A DNA stretch of 29,059 nt from Rhizobiaceae bacterium (GTDB taxonomy: Bacteria; Pseudomonadota; Alphaproteobacteria; Rhizobiales; Rhizobiaceae). Shown here in pieces: positions 1 through 9,800 of the stretch (within the stretch, counting starts at the first letter, position 1; every line of letters begins with the position of its first letter). The notes under the pieces are model-generated. The model saw only the letters and a program-made list of their open reading frames with translations. It made no database searches and was not told the DNA's origin. The stretch lies in contig JBATNB010000342.1 of NCBI GenBank assembly GCA_049290135.1, positions 1 to 29,059 on the forward strand, written 5' to 3'. Made by a program: the position numbers and the translations under genes.

Positions 1-648
1 GAATGGCACCACGCCCGTCGCGCCGTCGGCGATCGCGGCGCGGCCGGCGGGGCCCTGCGCATCGGCCTGCAGAACGACCTCGCTGCCACGCATATCGGCG
101 AATGGGTCGGCGAGATCAGGAGTGCGCTCCCCGGCCGGTCCTTCTATTTCGAGCTCGATTACTCCAACCAGATGTGTCTCGACCTGATGCGCGGCGATCT
201 CGATGTCGCGGTGCTCTACACGCCGCGCGCCATCCCCGACCTGCATCTCGAGATCGTCGGCGAGGTCGCCTACCGCATGGTCTCGACCGAGGCGGCTGCG
301 ATCGGCGAGATCGTTCCGCAGCGCTATGTGCTCGCCGGTTTTTCCCCGCATTTCGAGCGCGTCCACCGCCAACGGTTCCCCGACCTCTCGGCGGCATCGC
401 TGTCGACCGGCCAGAATGTCGCCGTGTGCGGACTGCTCGGCGCCATCGGTGGCACCGCCTTCGTTCTTGAGGAATCGGCGCGCGCCTTCGTGGAAACCGG
501 GCTTTACCACTACGTCGCCGACGCCGATCCGATCGTGCAGCCGGTCTATTTCGGCGTGAACACCAGGAACCGGCACACCCATGCCTGCCGGCGCATCGCC
601 GAGATCGTGCGCCGGCGGTTCGCGGCGCGGGGCGATTCGCGGCAATGA
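1..648 (+). CDS. LysR-family transcriptional regulator, C-terminal substrate-binding domain (5' truncated by window edge)
   Basis: Frame 1 is open from base 1: EWHHARRAV...GALRIGLQNDLA...FYFELDYSNQMCLDLMRGDLDVAVLYTP. The LRIG and L..GDLDVAV motifs are typical of LysR effector domains. TGA at 646-648. Confidence 0.8.
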   Translation, partial: EWHHARRAVGDRGAAGGALRIGLQNDLAATHIGEWVGEIRSALPGRSFYFELDYSNQMCLDLMRGDLDVAVLYTPRAIPDLHLEIVGEVAYRMVSTEAAAIGEIVPQRYVLAGFSPHFERVHRQRFPDLSAASLSTGQNVAVCGLLGAIGGTAFVLEESARAFVETGLYHYVADADPIVQPVYFGVNTRNRHTHACRRIAEIVRRRFAARGDSRQ

Positions 649-713
649 TCCTGACGCCGGTTCCGGGCGCGGGCTGCAGCGGCAAGTCCGTTTTCACTTG
701 CCATCGAAATAAA

Positions 714-729
714 AATCCAGAATATGAAT
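714..729. promoter_or_regulatory. Candidate SqrR/SoxR-type (ArsR family) operator AATC-N8-GAAT overlapping a putative sigma70 promoter (TTGCCA at 698-703)
   Basis: AATC(714-717)-cagaatat-GAAT(726-729) is one mismatch from the ATTC-N8-GAAT SqrR consensus. It sits in an AT-rich patch upstream of sulfide dehydrogenase genes. Confidence 0.4.
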
Positions 730-970
730 ACGTGCATGGATTGCAATCCGGACGATGCCGGCCTTGAGGCACGGTTGCGGGAAACCGCCGAACGAGTTCC
801 GGGAGCGATGGCAGGCACGCGCGGGGGAGGAGCCCGCGCCGGGAATGGATTCAAGACCGGATCAATCCGGCCGGGAGGAGACGATGATACGAATTGACAG
901 GCGCACGCCCTGCGCCGGAAGGCAGACGCCCGCCGCGCCTTCCCGTCCGCTGCGACGCGGATGGTGAGCC

Positions 971-1693
971 ATGCGGACGCTGCGTGAAGTGAAAACCAGC
1001 GCCTTCGCCGCTCTTGTCCTTGCCGGATCCGGCATTCCCCTTGCGGGCAGTGATGCACGCGCGGAAGGCGATGACACCTTCAAGCCGTGCCGGTCCTGCC
1101 ACGAGATCGGCGCGGGCGCCAAGCACAAGGTCGGGCCGCACCTGGACAAGATCATGGGCCGCACCGCGGGAGCCGTGGAAGGGTTCAACTTCTCCAAGGC
1201 CATGCGCGAGGCTGGCGAGAAGGGCCTGGCCTGGAGCCGGGAGTCGATCGATGAATACCTGCAGAAACCGCGCGATTTCATCCCCGGCAACCGCATGTCC
1301 TACCGGGGCATGGACAAGCCCGAGGAACGGGCGGCGCTGATCGACTGGCTGGAACGGGAGTCCAGGGCCGAAGCCGCCGCCGATCCTGTCAAGGTGGTCA
1401 GCGCCGGTGACGAGGAAGCGCGTTCGTTCACCGACATCGCCCTGAGGATCAAGGGCGATCCGGAATATGGCGAGTATCTGTCCGGCGAATGCGTGACCTG
1501 CCACCAGGTCTCCGGTCACGCCGAGGGCATTCCCTCCATCGTCGGGTTGCCGGCCGACTACTTCATCCGGTCGATGTTCGAGTACAAGACCAACGTGCGG
1601 TCGAACGAAGTCATGAAACTGCGTGTTGCCAACATCGGCAACGAGGAGATTGCGGCATTGGCGGCCTATTTCAGTTCGCTGACGCCACAGTAG
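971..1693 (+). CDS. soxE: Periplasmic diheme cytochrome c, subunit of flavocytochrome c sulfide dehydrogenase (SoxE-like)
   Basis: Sec-like signal (..DARA|EG), two heme motifs CRSCH and CVTCH, cytochrome c2-like N-domain (KVGPHL, PGNRM). Directly upstream of the flavoprotein gene. Confidence 0.85.
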   Translation: MRTLREVKTSAFAALVLAGSGIPLAGSDARAEGDDTFKPCRSCHEIGAGAKHKVGPHLDKIMGRTAGAVEGFNFSKAMREAGEKGLAWSRESIDEYLQKPRDFIPGNRMSYRGMDKPEERAALIDWLERESRAEAAADPVKVVSAGDEEARSFTDIALRIKGDPEYGEYLSGECVTCHQVSGHAEGIPSIVGLPADYFIRSMFEYKTNVRSNEVMKLRVANIGNEEIAALAAYFSSLTPQ

Positions 1694-1723
1694 TGTGATC
1701 CGGAAATCACGGGAGGTACCCAA

Positions 1724-2998
1724 ATGACCAGACTGTCCAGACGTCAATTCGGGCTCTACACCGGCGCGGCGGCGTTCACCCTCGCCATGCCCACCTACCT
1801 GCGCGCTCAGGCCAAGCCGCGCGTGGTCGTCATCGGCGGCGGCGCCGGCGGCGCGACCATCGCCCGCTACCTGGCCAAGGATTCCGAGGGCGCGATTGAC
1901 GTGACCCTGATCGAGGATTCCGACACCTTCACCACCTGCTTCTTCTCCAATCTCTATGTTGGCGGCTATCGCGATCTGGCCTCCATCACCCATTCCTACG
2001 ACAAGCTCCAGTCGACCCTTGGCATCAACAAGGTCACCGGCTGGGCCGAGAACGTCGACCGCGAGAAGCGCGAAGTGGTCATGAAGGACGGCGCCCGCGT
2101 TCCCTATGACCGTCTCGTCGTTTCCCCCGGCATCGACTTCAAGTGGGATTCGGTTCCCGGCTACTCGGAGGAACTGTCCGAGGCCGCGCCGCATGCCTGG
2201 AAGGCCGGTCCGCAGACCGAGATCCTCAAGACCAGGCTCGACGCGCTGACCGATGGCCAGAACATCGTCATGGTGGCGCCGCCGAACCCCTACCGCTGCC
2301 CGCCCGGGCCCTACGAGCGCATCTCGATGTTCGCGCATGTGCTCAAGGCCAAGGGCTTCACCAAGTCGAAGATCTTCGTCATCGATCCGAAGGACAAGTT
2401 CTCCAAGCAGGGCTTGTTCGAGGAAGGCTGGGCCAAGCACTATCCGGGCATGGTCGAGTGGCATTCGCCGGCCGTTCACGGTGGCATCAAGGGTGTCGAT
2501 GTCGCCGCCGGCAAGGTCATGACCGACCTGTCGGACTTCGAGGGCGCGCTGCTCAACATCATTCCGGCCCAGAAGGCCGGCGCGATCGCGCAGGCCGCCG
2601 GGCTGGTCAATGACAGCGGCTTCTGCCCCATCGACGCGACCTCGATGAAGTCGGCCAACGACGCCAACATCTACGTCATCGGCGATGCCTCGATTGCCGG
2701 CGACATGCCGAAGTCGGGCTTCTCGGCCAACAGCCAGGCCAAGGTCGCGTCCAACGCGATCCGCGCCGAACTGACCGGGTCGAAGGCGTTCCCGGCCCGC
2801 TACTCCAACACCTGCTGGAGCCTCATCGAGACCGATGACGGCGTCAAGGTCGGTGCGCAGTACGAGCCGCAGGACGGCAAGATCACCGCGACGCAGAACT
2901 TCGTGTCGAAGACCGGCGAGGACGCCGCGCTGCGCAAGTCGACCTACGAGGAGTCGATCGGCTGGTATGCCGGCATCGTCGCCGACATGTTCGGCTGA
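1724..2998 (+). CDS. soxF: Flavocytochrome c sulfide dehydrogenase flavoprotein subunit (SoxF/FccB)
   Basis: Tat signal SRRQF, FAD-binding GGGAGG, TCFFSN (covalent FAD Cys), RCPPGPYER and NTCWS active-site cysteines, MPKSGFSANSQAK. GGAGG RBS upstream. Confidence 0.93.
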   Translation: MTRLSRRQFGLYTGAAAFTLAMPTYLRAQAKPRVVVIGGGAGGATIARYLAKDSEGAIDVTLIEDSDTFTTCFFSNLYVGGYRDLASITHSYDKLQSTLGINKVTGWAENVDREKREVVMKDGARVPYDRLVVSPGIDFKWDSVPGYSEELSEAAPHAWKAGPQTEILKTRLDALTDGQNIVMVAPPNPYRCPPGPYERISMFAHVLKAKGFTKSKIFVIDPKDKFSKQGLFEEGWAKHYPGMVEWHSPAVHGGIKGVDVAAGKVMTDLSDFEGALLNIIPAQKAGAIAQAAGLVNDSGFCPIDATSMKSANDANIYVIGDASIAGDMPKSGFSANSQAKVASNAIRAELTGSKAFPARYSNTCWSLIETDDGVKVGAQYEPQDGKITATQNFVSKTGEDAALRKSTYEESIGWYAGIVADMFG

Positions 2999-3010
2999 CG
3001 GGCGGACCGG

Positions 3011-3922
3011 TCAACGCATCGGCATGAGCGCGCCGCGGTGTCTCACCACCGCGGCCGCCAGCCGGTGTGCCGACCGCGCGGCCTGTTCGCGATCATCGCC
3101 GGCAAGGCGCGCCGCGAGATAGGCGCCGTTGAAGGAATCCCCCGCCCCGGTCGTATCGACCGGGGCGGTTCTTTTCAGGCCCGAAAGCTCGGTTTCACCC
3201 GAAGCGCTCGCCAGGTGGATCGGCCCTCCGCCATTTTTCACCGCGACTTCGCTCGCCCCGGCGTCAAGATAGCGCTGCGCGCTTGCCGCCGGAGAGGCAT
3301 CGCCGAAGGCCGCCGCCTCATCGTCGAAACTCGGCAATACGATCGTCGCGGTCGCGGCGGCTTTCATGATCGTCTCGCGCATCGTGCACGCGTTCTCCCA
3401 AAGCCTGGGACGAATGTTGGGATCGAAGGCGACGGACTTGCCGGCGCCGCGCGCCGCGGCGACTGCGGCGAGCAGGGCGGCACGGCGTTCCGGCGCCAGG
3501 ATCGCCAGGGTGATGCCGGACAGATAGACGACGTCGGCGCCGGCGATCGCGCCGGCCAGGTGCGCCGGGTCGTCGGCCAGCCGCCGCGCCGCCGACATCT
3601 CGCGCCAATAGGTGAAACTGCGTTCGCCGTCGTGCGTCTCGATCACATACAATCCGGGAGTTCGTTCCGGATCGCGCGTGACATGGCGCGTCGACACGCC
3701 GTTGGCCTCCATGAACGCGATCATCCTGTTGGAGAACCCGTCGGTGCCGAGGCGCGTGTAATAGGCCACGTCCCAGTCTTCGCCGGCCTGCATGCGGAAG
3801 TACCAGGCCGTATTCAGCGTGTCGCCGGCGAACCCCTGGCGCCAGCCATTCGCGCCATCGCCTGAGAACTCCACCATGCATTCGCCGATGGACAGGAAAG
3901 TCTTCGTCGCCGTCAGGTTCAT
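3011..3922 (-). CDS. kdgK: 2-keto-3-deoxygluconate kinase (PfkB sugar kinase family)
   Basis: IGECMVEF, FAGDTLNTA, GERSFTYWR, FDPNIRPRLW and PfkB signature VDTTGAGDSFNGA. Start placed at ATG 3922 (MNLT...). Confidence 0.88.
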   Translation of the reverse strand: MNLTATKTFLSIGECMVEFSGDGANGWRQGFAGDTLNTAWYFRMQAGEDWDVAYYTRLGTDGFSNRMIAFMEANGVSTRHVTRDPERTPGLYVIETHDGERSFTYWREMSAARRLADDPAHLAGAIAGADVVYLSGITLAILAPERRAALLAAVAAARGAGKSVAFDPNIRPRLWENACTMRETIMKAAATATIVLPSFDDEAAAFGDASPAASAQRYLDAGASEVAVKNGGGPIHLASASGETELSGLKRTAPVDTTGAGDSFNGAYLAARLAGDDREQAARSAHRLAAAVVRHRGALMPMR

Positions 3923-4068
3923 CGCGTCAGCCCGGTCATGTGCGCTTGGCCAACGAGTTCTCACCCGCGCGTGACGCCGTCAACCGTACCCGCGCGCTGG
4001 CTGGTAATCCCGCGGCAAAAGCACCTTGACTCGGCCACCGCCACGCGCGATTCCAGAAACGCGCCGGC

Positions 4069-4142
4069 GCGGGTGTAGCTCAATGGCAGAGCGAGAGCTT
4101 CCCAAGCTCCAGACGAGGGTTCGATTCCCTTCACCCGCTCCA
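4069..4142 (+). tRNA. tRNA-Gly (anticodon CCC)
   Basis: GCGGGTG...CACCCGC acceptor stem, TT-CCC-AA anticodon loop, GGTTCGATT T-arm, encoded CCA, 74 nt. TTGACT -35-like hexamer at 4026-4031. Confidence 0.97.
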
Positions 4143-4159
4143 GGCCGGCCAGCCCGGCG

Positions 4160-5254
4160 CTAACGCCGGCCGGACCTGTCCGGATCCTGCGCCGCCCATT
4201 CCTCCACGCCGTCATCGCGCAGTGCGCGCAGGTCCGGCATGCCGTTTCGCCGCAAATGATCGCGCAGCCCGCGCACGATGGTCCCGGCAAGTCCGGGGCC
4301 GCGATAGACCATGCCGGTATAGACCTGCACGAGGTCGGCGCCGGCGCGGATCTTCTCGATGGCCGTCTCGGCCGAATCGATGCCGCCGACGCCGATCAGC
4401 GCCACGTCGGGACCGACCAGCTTGCGCAGCCGCGCAAGCATGATGGTGGAGCGCCTGAACAGCGGCGCGCCGGAGAGGCCGCCCGCCTCGCCGGCCAGCG
4501 GGGCATCGACCCCGCGGCGCGACAGTGTCGTGTTGGAGACGATGGCCCCGTCGATCCCCTTGTCGAGGATTTCCGCGGCGATGTCGGCCAGCTCGTCGCC
4601 GGGAAGATCGGGCGCGATCTTGAGGAAGATCGGTACGCGGCTGGCCCGTTTCGGCCGAGCGGCGATGACGCGCGCCAGAAGCTCGGACAATTGCGCGCGC
4701 GATTGCAGCGCGCGCAGTCCCGGCGTGTTGGGGGAGGAGATGTTGATGGTGATATAGGCGGCATGCGGCGCGAAGGTCTTCACCCCGAGCGCGTAGTCGG
4801 CGATGCGATCCTCGCTGTCCTTGTTGGCCCCGACATTGACGCCGATGACGCCGGGCCGGCTGGACCGATCCCTGAGCCGGCGCAGGAAGGCCGCATGGCC
4901 GTCATTGTTGAAGCCGAACCGGTTGATGATGGCCTGTTCGCCGGTCAGGCGGAAAAGCCGCGGCTTCGGGTTTCCCGGTTGCGGCTTCGGCGTCACGGTT
5001 CCCGCTTCCACGAACCCGAACCCCAGTCCGAGCAACGCGTCCGGCACGCGGCAATTCTTGTCGTAACCGGCGGCAAGGCCGACCGGGTTGGGGAAATCGA
5101 TGCCGGCGACCGTGACCGGCAGCGCCGGCGCGCCGATGCCCGGCATCAGTCCCGACAGGCCCGTCTCCAACGCCGCGATGGACAGGTCGTGCGCGCGCTC
5201 GGCGTCGAGGCAGAACAGCGCCGGCTTCATGATGGTCTGGAACAGCAGGCTCAC
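4160..5254 (-). CDS. pyrD: Quinone-dependent dihydroorotate dehydrogenase (class 2)
   Basis: AERAHDL, NPVGLAAGYDK, GTVTPKPQPGNPKPRLFRL, INRFGFNN, NISSPNTPGLR, SNTT, GGLSG. GTG start at 5254 overlaps the DUF952 stop (GTGA). The 645-aa ORF in the track is over-extended. Confidence 0.96.
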   Translation of the reverse strand: MSLLFQTIMKPALFCLDAERAHDLSIAALETGLSGLMPGIGAPALPVTVAGIDFPNPVGLAAGYDKNCRVPDALLGLGFGFVEAGTVTPKPQPGNPKPRLFRLTGEQAIINRFGFNNDGHAAFLRRLRDRSSRPGVIGVNVGANKDSEDRIADYALGVKTFAPHAAYITINISSPNTPGLRALQSRAQLSELLARVIAARPKRASRVPIFLKIAPDLPGDELADIAAEILDKGIDGAIVSNTTLSRRGVDAPLAGEAGGLSGAPLFRRSTIMLARLRKLVGPDVALIGVGGIDSAETAIEKIRAGADLVQVYTGMVYRGPGLAGTIVRGLRDHLRRNGMPDLRALRDDGVEEWAAQDPDRSGRR

Positions 5255-5598
5255 GGTATACCCGCGGGGAAAATGTGGGCACCGTCCTGCCCGATCGGCA
5301 TTTCCGCGATCCACAGCACGTGTCTCGCCGGCAGCGCCGCATAGAGATGCGGGAACAGATCGCCTCCGCGCGACGGTTCGAAGCGCAGTGCCGGCCCGAG
5401 CGCGGCCGCGTCGATGGCGGCGAGCACCAGGTCGGCCTGTCCGGCGAAATGCCGGCGCGCGGTTTCCCGCACCTGAGCGGCGGTCGAGAAATGGATGAAG
5501 CCGTCGGCAAGGTCGATCGCCGCGCCGGCGAAGGCGCCGTCGCGCATGGCCTGCTCGAACATGTCGCGCTGGGCGATCTTGTAGATGACGCTGTCCAT
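5251..5598 (-). CDS. DUF952 family protein
   Basis: IYKI, DLADGFIHFST, SRGGDLFPHLY motifs. Translationally coupled to pyrD. GAGG RBS. Confidence 0.9.
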   Translation of the reverse strand: MDSVIYKIAQRDMFEQAMRDGAFAGAAIDLADGFIHFSTAAQVRETARRHFAGQADLVLAAIDAAALGPALRFEPSRGGDLFPHLYAALPARHVLWIAEMPIGQDGAHIFPAGIP

Positions 5599-5710
5599 GC
5601 CCTCCTATAGGCAGGCGGAGGGATTCGCGAAAGCCGGTCGGCGCCTGCCTTGCCGGATTTCCGGCGCATTTCCGCCATAGGAATTTCCTGAACAACGGGA
5701 CGGACAGCCG

Positions 5711-6106
5711 ATGAACCGCATTGCCCTTGCCGCCGGCATCTTTCTTTCCGCGTCGCTCCCGGCCCTTGCCGCCGAAGCCGACAGGTTCGCCATGGAAAAG
5801 ACCGAAGGCGGCTATGTGCGGCTGGATCGCACCACCGGTGAGATGTCCTTGTGCCGAGAGGAATCGACGGGGCTGGTCTGTCGCCTGGCCACCGACAACC
5901 GGCCGGCCGGCGATGTCGACGCCATGATCCGCCGCATCGAGGAACTCGAGAAGCGCGTGACGCGCCTGGAGGGCGCTCCGCCCTCGGCCGGCCTGCCTTC
6001 GGAGGAGGAGTTCGAGAAGACGCTGAGCTTCATGGAGCGCTTCTTCCGCCGTTTCATGGATATCGTGCGCACGTTTGAAAGCGAGACTCCGCCGCAAAAG
6101 ACCTGA
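5711..6106 (+). CDS. Conserved hypothetical exported protein
   Basis: Signal peptide (..LPALA|AE), RLDRTTGEMSLC...LVC beta-rich segment, short coiled coil, LPSEEEFEKTLSFMERFFRRFM helix. Coding-like codon usage. Confidence 0.75.
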   Translation: MNRIALAAGIFLSASLPALAAEADRFAMEKTEGGYVRLDRTTGEMSLCREESTGLVCRLATDNRPAGDVDAMIRRIEELEKRVTRLEGAPPSAGLPSEEEFEKTLSFMERFFRRFMDIVRTFESETPPQKT

Positions 6107-6216
6107 TGGTCGCGGCCGAATCCGGGTTTTCGCCTGCGATTGGCTTGAACTCGCGCGGCTTTAGGCCTTATTCCTTGTCGACCCGGTCGTGAATCCGGGT
6201 CTCGGGGGAGGGTTGC

Positions 6217-6879
6217 GTGGCGGTTGGATCGAGGTTCGTGATTGCCGACGACCATCCGCTGTTCCGCGATGCGCTGAAGCAGGCGCTCAGGGGGATCGAA
6301 CCGGATTCGCGGATTCTGGAAACCGGGTCGTTCGATGGCGTCAAGGATGCCGTCCTTGCCCATGACGACATCGATCTCGTCCTGCTCGATCTGCGCATGC
6401 CGGGGGCCAGCGGCCTGTCGGGCCTTGTGGCGCTGCGCGGCATAAACCCCTCATTGCCGGTCGCCGTCATCTCGGCCCAGGACGATTACGCCACGGTCAG
6501 CCGGGCGCTCGAACTCGGCGCATCCGGTTTCATCTCGAAATCCGGCAGCATCGACGAAATCCGCCAGGCGATTTCCGCCATTCTCGCCGGCGGGATCTGG
6601 ACCCCCCCGGGAATGGAGATCGGCGCGGAAGGCGATCCGGAGGTCAGCGACCTCATCCGCCGGCTGCAGACGCTGACCCCGCAGCAGACACGCGTGCTCA
6701 CCATGCTGGCGGAAGGGCTGCTCAACAAGCAGATCGCCTATGAGCTTTCGGTCTCCGAGGCGACCATCAAGGCGCATGTCTCGGCGGTGTTGCAGAAGCT
6801 CGGCGTCGATTCCCGCACGCAGGCCGTCATCAAGCTGGCCAAGATCGGCGTCGAGCCGGCGCTGGCCGCCGGCTCCTGA
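6217..6879 (+). CDS. NarL/LuxR-family DNA-binding response regulator (CrbR/PrlR type)
   Basis: IADDHPLFR receiver start, LLDLRMPG phospho-Asp, LTPQQ..GLLNKQIAYELSVSEATIKAHVS LuxR HTH. Convergent with the hybrid kinase. Confidence 0.93.
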   Translation: MAVGSRFVIADDHPLFRDALKQALRGIEPDSRILETGSFDGVKDAVLAHDDIDLVLLDLRMPGASGLSGLVALRGINPSLPVAVISAQDDYATVSRALELGASGFISKSGSIDEIRQAISAILAGGIWTPPGMEIGAEGDPEVSDLIRRLQTLTPQQTRVLTMLAEGLLNKQIAYELSVSEATIKAHVSAVLQKLGVDSRTQAVIKLAKIGVEPALAAGS

Positions 6880-6889
6880 CCGCCAGCGC

Positions 6890-9800
6890 CTATCCGGCGT
6901 CGTTGAACTCGCGGCGGCGCCGCATCAGCGCCGAGCGAAGCACAGCCGGCTTGACCGGCTTGTTGACGATCGGGATGTCGAGCCGGCCGGCTTCGTCCCT
7001 GAGCTCGGTCGAGCGGTCGGCGGTGACCAGGAACGCCGGAACCTCCTCGCCGAAACGGCGGCGCAGGTCGGCGATCGCGCCGATCCCGGTTTCCCGGTCC
7101 AGATGATAGTCGACCAGCAGCAGGTCGGGCTTGCGGATGGCGGCCGCCTTCGGCTGGGCGAGATCGGCCGAACCGGCGATGGTGTCCACCTGGCAATTCC
7201 ACGATTCGAGCAATTGCCGCATGCCGTCGAGAATGCGCGGATCATTGTCGACGCACAGGATCCGCAACCCGTCGAGCTGCGTCGCGGTGGCCTGCGCGGC
7301 AGGGGCTTCCGCCGGCGGGGCCGGGGCGGCTTCGGAGACCGGCAGGATCACCGAGAAGACGCTGCCCTTGCCCGGCTTTGACCACAGCCGCAGTTCAAGC
7401 CGCAGCACCCGGGCGATGCGATCAACGATGGACAGGCCGAGGCCGAGGCCCGGTGCCTCGCGCGCGCCTTCGTCGAGGCGCGTGAACTCGGTGAAGACCA
7501 GGCTCAGCTTGTCCGCCGGCATGCCGATGCCGGTGTCGAGAACCTGGAGTTCAACCAGCTCGCCGCGCCGCCGCGCCCCGACCAACACCCGGCCGGAGCG
7601 CGTGTACTTCAGCGCGTTCGACACCAGGTTCTGGATGAGACGCCGCAGCAGATTGCGGTCGGTATCGACCGAAATCGTCGTCGGGACGATGCGCAGGTCC
7701 AGCTGTTTCGACTGGGCCTGCGGCAGGAAATCCGAGGCCACCTGCTTGAGCAGGCCGTCAAGGCGGAAGCGGGCGGGCGCCGGTTTCAGCGCGCCGGTGT
7801 CCAGGCTCGAAATGTCGAGCACCTCGTTCAGGATGGTCTCGACCGAATCCAGCGAGGATTCGATGCGCAGCACCCCGTCGGACAACGTCTCGTCCTTGGT
7901 GCGGGCGATGAGGGACGAGCAGTAGAGCCTGGCGGCGTTGAGCGGTTGCAGGATGTCATGCCCGGCGGCGGCGAGGAACTTCGTCTTTCCCAGATTGGCT
8001 TCCTCGGCGAGGATCTGCGCCTGGACGAGTTCCTCGTTGACCCGCAGCAGTTCCGCCGTCCGGTCGATGACGCGTTGCTCCAGCGTTTCGTTGGCGCGCT
8101 TGAGCGCCTTGTCGGCTTCCACATGGGAGGAAATGTCGGTGTAGGTGACGACAAAGCCGCTTTCGGGCATTGGGTTGGCGCGCACCTCGATGATCTTGCC
8201 GCTGCGGGCGAGTTCGATGACGAACGGCTTTGCCCAGTCGCTCAGCTTCTTGAGCACGATCGTCTCGTCGCCGGCCGAGATTTCGTGGCGCGCCGACAGG
8301 AACGTCAGCGCCCGTTCCAGCGGCACACCCACCTGGCAGAGTTCCTCGTTCAGCCCGAACAGGTGCCTGAACTGCCGGTTGAAGCAGGTCAGCCGCATGT
8401 CGGCGTCAAGCACGGTGATCCCCTGCTCCATCTGGTCGAGAGCGGTTTGCAGCAGGCCGCGATTCTGCTGGATGGCAACCGAGGCGTCGTCCAGCAGCCT
8501 CAGCGTGGCGCGCGTGCTCTTGTCGCTTCGCTGGAACAGCAGCGAAAGTGCCAGCCGCGCCGACGACGACCCGATGGCGCTGGCCAGCAGATGTTCGGCG
8601 TAGCGGGCGATGCTGTCATTGACCGCTTCGCCGTCGCGGAAGCGCCGCCCCTCGGTGAGTTCGAAGCGATGGAAGGCGCGCTGCGCCGGTTCGTTGCCGA
8701 GATATCGCGCAATCGTTTCCTTCAGTTCGCCCACCGTCACCGTGGTCTTCATCTTGCGCGGCAGCGAAGGCGCGGCCTCGCGCGGCACGAAGATGGCGGC
8801 CTGGTTGCGCTCGAGCGCGGTCTGGGAGCGCGTCAGCGAAGCGAAGACGAACACCAGCGTGTTGACCACCAGGCTCAGGAAAACCCCGTGGTTGAGCGGC
8901 AGCGCATCGATGCCGAACATCGATTGCGGGCGCAGGGTCGCGATCCCGAGCGGACCGTCGACGAGCAGCGGCGCGTCGCCCGGAAGGAAAGTCGGCAGGA
9001 GCAGCGTGTAGGCCCAGACGGCGATGCCGGCGATCAGGCCCGCCGCCGCGCCGCGCGCATTGGCGCCGCGCCAGATCAGGCCGCCGAAGAAGGGCGGCGC
9101 GAATTGCGCGATCGCGGCGAAGGACAGCAGGCCGATCGCGGCGAGCTTCTCGTTTCCGGAAGTCTCCCGGTAATAGAGAAAGGCGGCAAACAGGATGAAG
9201 AAGATCGCGCCGCGCCGGATCGTCAGGATCACGCGCGTCCAGTCCTCCGCCTCGCTGGCGTCGGGGCGCAACAGGCGGCGGATGAACAACGGGATGATGA
9301 GGTCGTTGGAGATCATGATTGCCAGCGCGACGCATTCGACGATCACCATCGCCGTCGCCGCCGAGAGGCCGCCGATGAAGGCGGCGATGGCAAGCAGGTC
9401 CTGGCCGCGGGTCAGCGGAATGGCCAGCACGTAGAGGTCGGCGCTCGCCGAGGATCCAAGCAGCGAAAGGCCGGCGAACGCCACCGGCACGACGAAGATG
9501 TTGATGGCCACCAGATAGGCCGGGAACAGCCAGCGGGCGGTCCTCAGTTCCCGGTCGGTGCGGTTCTCCACGATCGAGACATAGAACTGGCGCGGCAGCA
9601 GCAGGATGGCGAAACCGCTGATGGCCGTCAGCACGATCCAGGTTGCCAGCGACGGACGATAGCCGAATGCCGCCGCGACATCGGGATTTCGCGCGGCCGA
9701 CGCCAGGATCGTTTCCGCGCCGCCATAGAGGACGAAGGTGACGCTGATGCCGACGGCGATGAAGGCGGCGAGCTTGATGATCGATTCCACCGCGACGGCC

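Noticed and set aside
4069..4142. A-C mismatch at the top of the tRNA-Gly anticodon stem; possible integration site
   Set aside because: Mismatches at this pair occur in functional tRNAs, and pyrD follows directly with no integrase or repeat.
5255..6097. 645-aa pyrD ORF suggesting an N-terminal fusion
   Set aside because: The extension overlaps DUF952 and the opposite-strand exported protein, and reads as non-protein-like. The real start is the GTGA-coupled GTG at 5254.
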